From positions 2,644,158-2,708,157 of the forward strand of contig MU058781.1 of assembly GCA_013265495.1 (NCBI GenBank): a DNA stretch of 64,000 nt. Reading direction: 5' to 3'. Both the position numbers and the translations under genes were made by a program. Position 1 is the first letter of the stretch, and every line of letters begins with the position of its first letter. The notes under the pieces are model-generated. The model was given only the letters and a program-made list of their open reading frames with translations. It was not told the DNA's origin and searched no databases. This document shows, one piece after another, positions 53,888 through 64,000 of the stretch. The DNA comes from Vicugna vicugna (Eukaryota).

Positions 53888-53975
53888 GGGGAAGCAGACT
53901 CCAGCGCTGCACGGGCAGGTTTACCAAAGGTCTCTAATGGGTATTTTCTTTTTCTTAGCCCTGCCCCTGAATTGT

Positions 53976-53992
53976 CAGACGGCGGGCGTCTG
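53976..53992. promoter_or_regulatory. Smad-binding element (TGF-beta response)
   Basis: Inverted pair CAGAC-ggcgggc-GTCTG at about -190 to -174. Confidence 0.8.
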
Positions 53993-54030
53993 CCTCTGAA
54001 GTTAGCAGTGATTTCCTTTAGAGCCCAGCC

Positions 54031-54036
54031 TTATCT
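54031..54036 (-). promoter_or_regulatory. GATA-2 site
   Basis: TTATCT at about -135. Confidence 0.88.
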
Positions 54037-54041
54037 CCGGC

Positions 54042-54049
54042 TGCACGTT
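54042..54049 (-). promoter_or_regulatory. HIF-1 hypoxia response element
   Basis: AACGTGCA on the minus strand (TGCACGTT on +), between the GATA and AP-1 sites as in other mammals. Confidence 0.88.
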
Positions 54050-54057
54050 GCCTGTTG

Positions 54058-54065
54058 GTGACTAA
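54058..54065 (+). promoter_or_regulatory. AP-1 site of EDN1 promoter
   Basis: GTGACTAA at about -108. Confidence 0.88.
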
Positions 54066-54068
54066 TAA

Positions 54069-54074
54069 CACAAT
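54069..54074 (+). promoter_or_regulatory. CAAT box
   Basis: CACAAT at about -97. Confidence 0.7.
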
Positions 54075-54106
54075 AACATTGTCTGGGGCTGGAATAAAGT
54101 TGGAGC

Positions 54107-54117
54107 TGTTTACCCCC
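54107..54117 (+). promoter_or_regulatory. Overlapping FOXO (TGTTTAC) and Vezf1/DB1 (ACCCCC) sites
   Basis: TGTTTAC 54107-54113 and ACCCCC 54112-54117, about -59 to -49, matching the described EDN1 promoter. Confidence 0.75.
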
Positions 54118-54134
54118 ACTCTATAGGGGTTCAA

Positions 54135-54142
54135 TATAAAAA
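54135..54142 (+). promoter_or_regulatory. EDN1 TATA box
   Basis: TATAAAAA. Confidence 0.93.
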
Positions 54143-54165
54143 GCCTGCTGAGAGCTGTCCAGGTC

Positions 54166-54441
54166 AGACGCGCTTCTGCCTCGGCACTGGGAGCAGCGCC
54201 GCCAGGGTCCTCGGTCCCCGCGCTCCACGGCCGCGTGCGTCCTCCGACCGCTCCCACTGCCTCCTCTCCCGGCAGAAACCTCTTTTTTCTCCCGTTAAAG
54301 AGCATTCGGGCTGAAGGATCACTTTGATATCTGAATGACCAGAAACGCTTAAAGGGAACTAAAGCTGCTTTTCTGCGTTTTGTTCCCCCCCCCCCTTCGG
54401 GTTTAGTTCGCCGGGGGAAGGATTTTGATCCCTTTTTCAGA
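54166..54441 (+). other. EDN1: EDN1 5'UTR (exon 1; TSS inferred ~31 nt after TATA), CpG-rich
   Basis: Lies between TATAAAAA and the ATG; TSS position taken from known mammalian EDN1 architecture. Confidence 0.8.
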
Positions 54442-54505
54442 ATGGATTATTTCCCTATGATTTTCGCTCTGCTGTTCGTGGCTTTCCACGGAGCTACAGA
54501 AACAG
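54442..54505 (+). CDS. EDN1: EDN1 coding exon 1 (signal peptide)
   Basis: ATG GAT TAT TTC CCT... = [21 protein letters not shown], hydrophobic signal; donor ACAG|gtaggc at 54506. Confidence 0.97.
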
Positions 54506-57500
54506 GTAGGCACGTTGACTTGTAATCCCTGAATGCTGATGTCTTCTTCGCAACCTTCATGCTTTCCTGCTTCTGTTTTTTCCCCCCTTCTTTTTCTGAC
54601 TGCTGCTGGGATATCCAGTGGAGGGGAATTATTGCTCAAAGCTGCTTAAGTTTTCTAGTGGGAAAAAAAATCCTGTTGAAGATAAATGCTCCTATAGCAT
54701 TAAAGTAATATTATTATCATTGCCTAGTGTATTTCCTTGGCTTTTAAACATACAACTCAATTAAAGACAAGATACAATTTAGCCAAATGTATTTTTGCAA
54801 TATTTGTGTTCATACAGGTAATAAGACATACAGGAATTTATATCTTAATTTATATCTTATTCAAATACTCTTTAATAGTGTGTTAATGTGTAAAACATTT
54901 AAACATTTCAGCTTGAAGCCAAGGAATTTTATTCAAGTCATTGAAGCAATATATGAGCAGTAAAATCACCTGCAGGAGTCTGGTTGAAAATCCCCTCAGG
55001 CAGTGTCAGGGTGATGCAGATGCTTTCTTTAAAATTTGTCATCACTGACTTTAGGTTTCTTTTGGCAGGTTTTTGGCACTCATAACAGTGTGGGTTCCAT
55101 TTCCAGTCTGATTCACCTGTCCTGAGAGGGAAGCTAGGGTAAATCCTGGCTGCTTAAGGATTTAGATAGTATGGGTGCATCTGCCTGCTTCCCTCTTTTA
55201 GGGTCAATGCATTTTTTTGTTTGTTTTGTCATGACCCTGGCTAAAGGGAAAGGATGTCAAGGGAAGGAAAATCCTGGAATGTGTCTGATCATTTGAAATG
55301 GACAAAATTGGGCAGATAAGCTGCATGGCTAACTTGTCAGTAAGAGGAGGCAATGCTGCAGTGGGGAGCGGGGAGGAGGCAAATCCCACGCACCGCATAC
55401 TGCTCGGAGATTCAGAATTCATAACCCCCCAGGACCTTGACCAGGTCCCCTGCTGCTCAGCTTCTGTAGGTCTGTGGTTTCTGTGGAGCTGACTGCCTGG
55501 AATAAATACCGGAGAGCTGATTTCTCTTCTCTCTCTCCAATCACCTCCCCAAAGCTCTGGACCTCCACCTATTTCAAGAGGTGTATATCACCCAGGCTAC
55601 TCCCTGCCTAGCACAGGGTGTGAACTGGTGGGTCCTGCCCTCAACAGAAGGTCATGGCTCTGAATCTTAAAAAAAAAAAGGCAGTATGATTTATTTAGTC
55701 TTAGATTTTTGGTCATCAGCCAATTTTAAGGCATTGTAGGTTGAGCTGTCCTACTAGGGTCCACGCAGAAGCCAATCCAAATTTCCAGCAGGCAGCAGTT
55801 CCTTGAAGGCTGTTTCAAGGGGCTGGTAAGTCCCTTTTCAGGTGGTGGTTTCCCCTGCACTTGTATAATCTCTCTGAAAGAGATAAGCCAGTGGTGATAA
55901 AGGTGAAGTCATGTTAAGGAGGGCAAAAAAAAAAAAAACAACAAAACCTTTTTCCCTCTGTGTTTCTTGCTGAAGGCAGCCGTGTGCTTCATCGGCTTTT
56001 ATCTGCTCTGCCAGATCTGGCGTCGATACCGTGACCTGTGTGCCTCTGGGCCTCCACGGAGACATCTCCCATTGACCTGCTCTTTCTCTCCCCAGTGGTC
56101 TTGGGCGCCGAGCTCAGCACAGGAGCTGAGGGCGGAGGGGAGAGGCCCTCTCCCAGCACTCCCTGGAGGCCCCGCCGGTCCAAGCGCTGCTCCTGCTCTT
56201 CCTTGATGGATAAAGAGTGTGTCTACTTCTGCCACCTGGACATCATCTGGGTCAACACTCCAGAGTGAGTCTCTAGAGGGCATCGTTACACTAGTCACTC
56301 CTCCCCTTTGGCGTTACCGGAGCTCACTCTTGTTACTTTTTGGCTTGGACTCTGTAGGTGTGGGGCCCGGGTTTTGGTTGGGGGGGGGATATTTTTTTCG
56401 TGGGATCTGCCTGGTTTAGGAGATACATTGCTGAGATCTTATGTGGGTTGGTCCAACCTAAGCTTCTCATGGGAGAGACTCAAAAGGCAGAAGGGATTAT
56501 AGTTATAGTCCCACCTGCCCATTTTACTTTTAGAAAAACAAAGACCCCAAATGTGGAAGCCACTTGTGAGGAAAAAGGTTATGGCAGAGTTCAACCTAGA
56601 CCCTGGGTGTCCGACTCGAAGCCCAATCCTTAGATTTCCCTTCTGTCTCCAGAGTGAAGAAAGTAGTTCCTCCTCCATTACCCTCTGAAGACTAGTTCAC
56701 CCATCAGAGGGAGTCGAAAACAAAAACACATTGATTGTGCCTGCAGGGTCCCATTACCGTGCGGGACGGCCAAAATCCAAACAAAATCAAATCAAACCAA
56801 AACAAAATCCACAGCAAGCCTGATACTGAGTAAGGTGATACTTCCAAGGGGAGGACTTATTCCTTAGGTGAGAATCAAAAGAGACACATGGGCAATTACT
56901 GGACAGACTTCTGGCAAGGGACCCTTCTATAGTCATGTGATCTTACCAGATCACAGAAAATATGCAGCATGGGCAGGAACTATGCACACGGTACGATGCC
57001 TCCTCCCGTCTCCTCCGGGGCCCCTTTCAGCATTACCATGTATAGCTTGAGTGGAAAATAGGTTTTCAAAACCTTGTGAGTCATAGTTTCGCGTGGAAGT
57101 GCCCCCCTCCTAAGAACTGTTAACAAAGGAGAAAGTTAGAAAAGGGAAGAAAATATGAAACAGATACCAAAGCAGAGATGTCATAATTTTGGACAAAAAT
57201 CAAGGCTACTATATATCGAGAAGAAACTGAATGTTGTTTGAGAGTTCACATAGAATGTTAATGACTCGGAAAAACTGATTTTCTCCTGGTTGCGTCTACA
57301 TGCGCAGGGCCATTGACAGGCATGTGATCCTGTTACATTTCACTCTCCTAAGTTCCACTACCAGACATTGTGGCGTGAGCTCCTTCTGTCTTAATGGAAT
57401 GAGCTTGCCCCAAAGAATGCAATCTTTGGAGACTATTAGACTATTAATTATGCTAATCTCTTTTGTTCCTCTCTTTCAATAACAGGCACATTGTTCCATA

Positions 57501-59579
57501 TGGACTTGGAAGCCCTTCTAGGTCCAAGCGATCCTTAAAGGATTTATTTCCCACAAAGGCGACACTCCACAGGAACAGATGCCAGTGTGCAAGCCAAAAA
57601 GACAAGAAATGCTGGAATTTTTGCCAAGCAGGAAAAGAACTCAGGTGAGTCCAAACAACTTTGTTTTCCATCAGTTTTATGGCCTCCTGACCTTCTCCCT
57701 CTTATGATGCTGCCTTGTTATTTGAAAGATTAACTGAGGCCTTGAGAGCAACTGGAGATACCATGGCTGAAATGTTTTCCCTTTGTGTATTTTAATAGGG
57801 ACCAAGACACTACGGAGAAAGGCTGGAATAACCAAAAGAAAGGCAGAGACTGTTCCCAGCCTGGTGAGAAGTGTATTCAGCAGCAGCTAGTGGCAGGAAG
57901 GAAAATAAGAAGGTAAGAGGCTCCCAAGAACAGCTGGCCCCTATCCCCTGTGAATGGTCTCCGCTCCTAGTCACTCTTACCTCCATGGGGGAAAGGCTTA
58001 GGAGACAATGGCAAAGGAAAGGGGGATCTCTGCATTCCAAAGGAATCGCTCTCAAATGTTTTCCTGAAGGCCTTGAATGCAGACTGCTGCCCACTGTACA
58101 TTTTGGAGATTTTTTAGCACACACACACCACTCATTCTAAAGGTAGATTTTCCAAACAAGATGTATCAAGAGACACCTTTGTTATTTGATCACGTCTACT
58201 TTTTGCCTCTCTGAGTCAGTATATTTACTGCTTTCCCTAAGAAATTAAAAATCACTTCAGGGAGATTTTTGTTTGTTTAATCAAAGTGTCATGTATAATC
58301 CAATTCTTCAAAAAGTAGTATTCAAATGGCCAAAGGGAAAATAAAGTTACTAGGTAGGGTTGGTGAGAGTTAGAACAGGTCGTTTTTTCAGGTTTATTTA
58401 TTTATTTTTTTAAACAGGGAAATGCATCTGGTCGACAGAGCCAGTGTCATTCCCAAAAGCTCTCTTGTTTTTCAGTCAGTCATGAGCTGGGGCAGAGAAC
58501 GGATCTGGGTTAGAAGTAACACCACAGGGTTGCTCTGAGCAGCTCTCGAGTGACAACCCTTCCAAATCCCAAACAGTTTGGAATTCACAGACAGGAGGGA
58601 GGAATCCTGCTTTCAGATCTGTCCCATAGTCTACATTTCCCTATCATGGTCAGTGGAAGCTTCTCCTCAAAATCCATTGGCAAGCAGTTCCAGGATCCAA
58701 GTGTTCTGAGCACAGACCTGGCAGCCAGGAATGACTTTTGAGCTGTTTACTACTGACATCCTAGCGGCCTGTGACATCCCACGTGCCCTGGAAGTTTCCC
58801 TGTTTATGAACTCAGGCCACTAATGCTCCCCCAGATCTCAAGATTATGTAAAACAACTTTTCTGAGCTGACTTGGAAATTATTTATTTTTTCTCTTAGTT
58901 TCTATTATATCAACTATTAAATCAGTGCTACAGTTCTTCCCTCTTTCTTTGTCCTGCAAAAACAAAATTTTTTAAATTGCCATAGAACAATTGCTTTGGG
59001 CCTACCTGTATGGGTCCTCTTTTTTAAATCTCTTTCCCGCTAAGTCACCTTCAATTCCTTACGTGATTAAGAAGACACTCGTGACTCTTTGAAACCTGTG
59101 CTGAATTGGTCTCTCCACACACTCCCACAGAGGTTGGGACAGTGGTTGGAGGAGGGCTAAAGGAGGGAAGAGAATATCTCTAGTTTACCTTAAAATTGTA
59201 CTTTAGAATTGTATTTAATACCCAGTTCCCTTTAGACATGACCATATCCCTTTTCTCCCCCCAGCCTCCCCCGACCCCATTCTAGGCATAAAGGGTAGTT
59301 TATTTTCACTTGAGGTTAGCAGAGTACCATGAGGTTGTGGGTGGGGGTGAAAGTTCAGGATCCAGATTTAGATTTGTTTGTGCCAGTTTCTAATTTTAGA
59401 TGTTTCTTTTGCCCAGGAATGATTTTTGCTCAAAAAAATTTTTTTTGTTTTGTTTTCTCTTGTTTTGTTTTAATAGGTTGGAGGCCATCAGCAACAGCAT
59501 CAAAACATCCTTTCACATTGCCAAGCTGAAAGCCGAGCTCTACAGAGAGAAGAAAGTGACCCACAACCGAACACACTGA
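54442..59579 (+). CDS. EDN1: Preproendothelin-1, spliced CDS join(54442-54505,56096-56264,57486-57644,57799-57912,59477-59579), 202 aa
   Basis: Exon lengths 64+169+159+114+103=609 nt, one open frame ending TGA, GT-AG introns. Translation: [202 protein letters not shown]. Contains the invariant mature ET-1 sequence. Confidence 0.99.
56096..56264 (+). CDS. EDN1: EDN1 exon 2, encodes mature endothelin-1 (56188-56250)
   Basis: Acceptor tctttctctccccag|TG; furin site RSKR then [24 protein letters not shown] cleavage W-V; donor GA|gtgagt. Confidence 0.99.
57486..57644 (+). CDS. EDN1: EDN1 exon 3 (C-terminus of big ET-1 and endothelin-like domain)
   Basis: Acceptor aacag|[16 protein letters not shown]...[15 protein letters not shown]; donor AG|gtgagt. 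Confidence 0.98.
57799..57912 (+). CDS. EDN1: EDN1 exon 4
   Basis: Acceptor tttaatag|[38 protein letters not shown]; donor AG|gtaaga; phase consistent. Confidence 0.95.
59477..59579 (+). CDS. EDN1: EDN1 exon 5 coding part
   Basis: Acceptor ttttaatag|[34 protein letters not shown] then TGA 59577-59579. Confidence 0.96.
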
Positions 59580-60540
59580 TGGCAGGCTGTGGGGGCCTGT
59601 CTGAAGCCATCTCGTCCACAGCGAGCCCCCGGCCTGACTGCGCTCTCTCCGCATGGCTGGGACCAGAGCAAAAGCACCCTCCCTGCTTAGACCGGTTCTT
59701 GCTCCAGACTGTCACAGGACCAGTGCCCTCGGTCTAAACATTCCAAGAAAGGTTAAGGAGTCCCCCGTTCCATCTTCATTTGCCTCTATCAGTGGTAACT
59801 GCTTTCTCTCCTGCTCTGGGGTGACAGTGGGCCGCTCCAAGAAGGCAGAGAGACACAGTGACCTGCAGATTAGGCTGGCCTCCTCCAGCAGGAGGAGAGG
59901 AGATTCCACGTGCGGGCGGAGTTCCGGAAGAGGGTCCGAAGGGAGTGTTTGTGTCTCACTCAGGCGCCTGGCACATTTCAGGGAGAAACTCCAAAGTCCA
60001 CACAAAGATTGTCTAAGGAGTGCACAGACTGAACACACTCGAAGGACAAACTCTCGAGTGAAAAAAAAAAAAAGACTTTTTTTTTTAAATTCATAAAATG
60101 CAAACCGAAAGAAACTGTTACTACTGTAAATCAGGATGCGTTGCATAAATATGAGTCTACCTCACCTATATTGCACTCTGGCTGAAGTATTTCCCCACCT
60201 TTAATTATTGTCTCCCCAAACTCTTCCTTCTCCCACTGCTCCCTCCTCTAAAATCTTCATACTAAATCCTAGCCTCGTGGAAGTCTGTCTAATGTGTCAA
60301 TAGTAGATATAATATTTTCATGGTAATCTACTAGTTCTGTTTTCATGAGAAAAAAAAATCATTGAATCAGGAGATTCCCTTACTTTGATTTTTGGAAACA
60401 CTGTGGTATAGGGTTGGTTATGGAAGACATTGAAGGGTGGAACATTGGTTATGCTTTAAAGCAGTAAAATTATTTTCCTTTATGCAACTGGCTAATGGAA
60501 GAGGTGGATTAAATTTTGATGTACTTATTTTTTTATAGAT

Positions 60541-60573
60541 ATTTATATTCAAACAATTTATTCCTTATATTTA
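60541..60573 (+). promoter_or_regulatory. AU-rich element cluster (3 x AUUUA) in the EDN1 3'UTR
   Basis: ATTTA at 60541, 60556 and 60569 in U-rich context; EDN1 mRNA is known to be destabilised through such AREs. Confidence 0.85.
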
Positions 60574-60690
60574 CCATGTGAAATATATGTTTGGGCAGGC
60601 CATATTGGTCTATGTATTTTTTTAGAAATGTATTTCTGAATGAAATTGAGAAAATGCTTTGTTTTGCCTGTCAAGGTAATGACTTTAGAA

Positions 60691-60696
60691 AATAAA
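60691..60696 (+). terminator. EDN1 polyadenylation signal
   Basis: AATAAA about 1.1 kb after the stop, downstream of the ARE cluster, with T-rich sequence following. Confidence 0.85.
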
Positions 60697-61759
60697 TATT
60701 TTTTCCCTACTGTATGTACTGATTTCGAATCATTTTGGAAAATCCTGGGAAGTGGGCCAAAGTGGTAAGAATGAAGGGGAAGGGTTAAAGATGATCTCTT
60801 GGAGAGGTAATCTTTAGGAGGAAAACAGCGTGCGCTAATTAAAACAAGAATTTGATTTATATCTTAACAGTCACCTTTAGATTGCATTAAGCTAAAAACA
60901 AAACAAAAAAACCAGCTTTTACACCTCTGTCTTTCCCTGCATGGCTGCCGTCTGTTTCTCCTTTACCTGAAAACTCTCCAGGGACTTTATCCATTAAACT
61001 TTGCTTTGGTTATTAGACAGGCTCCAACAGTTTTAAGCTGATGGTGTGCTGAGAGGTGCTTTCTCCATAGTAATAAACTGGAGGAAGCGACGGCCAGGCA
61101 ACCTCCCCAAAGGTACCTAATTATACACAGTTCCACACCAGACGTCCTTTAGGAAGATGACAGAGCAAGTAAGGGCTCCCAATGGCTTTTTATTTGCGCA
61201 GATTAAGAAGTTTGCTTATTGAAGAACAGTGAGTACTTCTGCTTCTTCTTCATGGTAGCCCAGGACTGGACACCTGCCTGTGGAGGTGGAGATGCCAAAT
61301 GCTGATTCCGGGCGTCCCGCATCAAGGCACCACCCTCCTCCCAACTTTGCCCTAGGCTGACCCGCCAGCCCACTGGGGAGAATAGCACTGCAAACGGTAG
61401 TTACCAGCAGGAGCTCATAAGAGCTTGATCAGCTTTCGAGAATCTTCACCGCCCTTCTCTGTCTGAAAGAATGTCTGGCATTCCACAAATATTAGCTCTC
61501 GGGGATGCTGGTGTCCAAACAGTGACACCGCTGAAGGATGTTAAATAACAGTCTTCAGGTGTGCATACGCACTGTCCTGGGCAGGGTTTCTATCTTTGCT
61601 GGCATTGTTTTTCATCTCTCACTCTTGTGTTTTTAAGAGACAGTCCAGTGTCTTGGCAGAATTGCTTATAAAGCTCACTTTCTCCCGCAAACTGTTTCTC
61701 GGTGTGTGGTTCTCCCGGGGACTGTGAAGTCTTGCCCACATTGACAAAGGACTTGGCCT

Positions 61760-61840
61760 GAACTTAGCCGCTGTTTAACCTTGCACAACCGTTTGATCCC
61801 CTGGCATCGTAAATTTCCTCATCTGTTAAATGAGGAAGGG
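61760..61840 (+). mobile_element. MIR fragment
   Basis: ctgtttaaccttgcacaa...tttcctcatctgttaaatgagg. Confidence 0.55.
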
Positions 61841-62594
61841 GAGGAATTTCTCTAACAGCTCCAAGAGCGAGTCTGAGATGGCACGAAGAGGTTGAGGGGA
61901 CAGGAAAGAGGGAAGATTAGCCCTTGCAGGACACGGATCTAATATATTTAAGAGGGAAGTGGGAGGAGAAGCCATTGAGCAAAAGTATAACACGGTAAGC
62001 AATGGAGATAAGATTTTCTTTTCCTTTCTTTCTTTTTTAAAAATTTTATTATTCAGACTTTTAAATCCTCTCCCTCCATGCTTCCTCTACAGTAACCAGC
62101 AAGACAAGTAAAATGTGTGAAGCAGCTCTCCTAGGGCTTGAGAGTCAGTAGTAAATTAAGTTGGAAGGTTCCTACGAAGTAAATATTTTTCAAGCACGTA
62201 GAGAAAAGACTGACTAAGTCTTAAGGCCGATGCTAACTTGAGGGGTGAACTGGTGGCACAGCCAGTCGTGCTTCCTCCTGCTTTTCCAGTAAAAGTGTGG
62301 TTTCTGGAAGCCCACTTAGGACAGATTTCTCTCTTCACACTAACAGCCAGGCAGAGCTTTGATCTCAGGGCTCCAAGGACAAGAGGATGCTGGGTGGGGA
62401 GAGGTGATCTTGGGTGAAAGGAGTGGGGTCCACTAAAGTGTTTCATTTTGACTCCAGGGACTGGCCTCTTTTGTGATGGAAACCACTGGCTGTAATCCTA
62501 TCTGAGCTTCCCCCAAATACTCAAGTTCTCACAACTCTGGGTATTGCACAATGCAGGGGTTCTTTCAGGAAGAAAGAGAAATCTTCAGTCTTCC

Positions 62595-62655
62595 CAGGTG
62601 AAAAAGCCGAGGCCCAGAGAGGGAAGTGATCTACCCAAGGTCACGTGGCGAGCTG
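62595..62655 (-). mobile_element. MIR fragment
   Basis: caggtgaaaaagccgaggcccagagagggaagtgatctacccaaggtcac. Confidence 0.7.
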
Positions 62656-64000
62656 TAGCATCTCTGTAGCCTGAACCCTTGAGCAGGGCTGTTTCTCTCA
62701 AGAGGTACCTGGAGGTCCATGGAGACAGACACTCAAGCAAATCTTAATAGAGGGTTCTGGGCGGTAAAGCAAAATCACTCTTCATAAAAGCTTTGCCTTC
62801 CCACCTCACAGATGATGGCTACCATATCCATCCTTTCTATTACTCTCTCAGGAAGATCGATGTGTCTGCAAGCCTTGGTCGTGAACATTTCAGTTGTATG
62901 ATATTTGTCTACTACATTATCTTCATGGTACCAAGGCACGGCTGGCAGAAAAATTACCATAATTTACCATGCCTGCCTCCAAATCTGGCTTCATGGAGGG
63001 CTTCACTGATAACCACTGGAAATAGATCCAACACACAGGAAGAAATTACAGTGATGAAAGTGACGGCAGTGGCAGTAGCATCTCCTCAAGCCTTGGGCAA
63101 TGATCAGAGAAAGATCTAGGGCTGGCACCATTGGACAGTGAAAAGAGAAGGGTCTTGGCCTTGGGGGGTCACTGACTGATGGACGTGATGTGTCCCAAGT
63201 GTGACAGGCAGTGTGGCCCCAAAAGGCATCATGTCGGGAATCTGACGTGCAGTTTTACTGGTTCAGTCTCCTGTGTTTCTGCATCTCATTTTTCTCTTTC
63301 AGATTCTGAGTCATCACAGGCTCCCACCCTAAACTGCTGTGGGGCATCTAGGGGTGAAATCTGCAACAGCCATCACTGGCATGGCATAGGCTCCGACCAA
63401 CTGGGATAGCCAGAGCCGTGGAGTGGTTCTTGGTGGCCCCCTAGCTAGGCCAGATGTTACACCTCCGGATGTTGGACTGTGGGAAGATCCGGCAATCCAG
63501 GGAGGGTATGGGCAGCTGGGATGGAATTTCCAGACTTCTTGCTGCTATGACTATTTACAGACCATTATGATAGTATTTCAATGTTGGAAAAACAAATATA
63601 CTGGTACCTGCCCCTGTGCATGTCAGACTTGGAAGCGCCAAAATTCTTGCTAAATTAGTTTCTTTAAAGTTTCACTGAGTGGGACCACACTGTCTGCATG
63701 CCTTCCAAAGTTTCGTCCCATATTTTTCTGTCCTTGTCCCTTTGTGTTCCTGCTGCATCGGCATCCCTCTGTGTGGTCTTCTCACGCTTCATGTTCCTCT
63801 CACTCATGCGCTGATCTCCTTTGGTAGAAGTGGAAATGCTCTAGGGTATTCTTTGTGTCCTTGGAGGTTTTTAGCAGGACAATTTTATGGTTGCCAAAAC
63901 TAGGATTGCCTGAGACCAAGACTTGCTAGGGTCTTAGATCTGCTCTAGGATTTTCAAAAAGGAGCTGCTTGTAAAGTTGGGTCTTGCCCTCTTAGATTAA

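Larger units (their letters stand above)
59580..60715 (+). other. EDN1: EDN1 3'UTR
   Basis: From stop codon to ~20 nt past AATAAA (60691); contains the AU-rich element cluster. Confidence 0.85.

Noticed and set aside
56038..56268. ORF-track starts for EDN1 exons 2 and 3 (56038, 57463)
   Set aside because: These starts are intronic; the true boundaries are the acceptors at 56096 and 57486
59653..60146. 147-aa (+) and 144-aa (-) ORFs
   Set aside because: Within the EDN1 3'UTR, no recognisable protein features; consistent with chance in GC-richer UTR sequence

Overview
Mammalian genomic DNA, very probably a camelid (alpaca/vicuna/camel), inferred from two tRNA-Ala-derived Vic-1-type SINEs and an artiodactyl-type precursor. 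The only gene is EDN1 (preproendothelin-1) on the + strand: TATA 54135, inferred TSS ~54166, five coding exons (54442-54505, 56096-56264, 57486-57644, 57799-57912, 59477-59579; 609 nt, 202 aa), all introns GT-AG, polyA signal 60691. Its proximal promoter elements (endothelial enhancer, NF-1, Smad, GATA, HIF-1, AP-1, CAAT, FOXO, Vezf1) and its 3'UTR AU-rich and miRNA sites can be read directly. The upstream ~53 kb is non-coding and repeat-rich: a complete LTR-internal-LTR MaLR element, solo MaLR and ERV LTRs, L1 3' ends, L2/MIR fragments, Charlie/Tigger-type DNA transposon relics and microsatellites. There is one 86-N assembly gap. I found no convincing novel biological system. The best leads are possibly lineage-specific regulatory features of EDN1 (a 5'UTR uORF, a second HIF-core copy at the start of intron 1, a same-strand ERV LTR with a duplicated GATA-bearing 5' end) and a long divergent ORF upstream. 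Repeat family names and cross-species comparisons come from memory, not from database searches.
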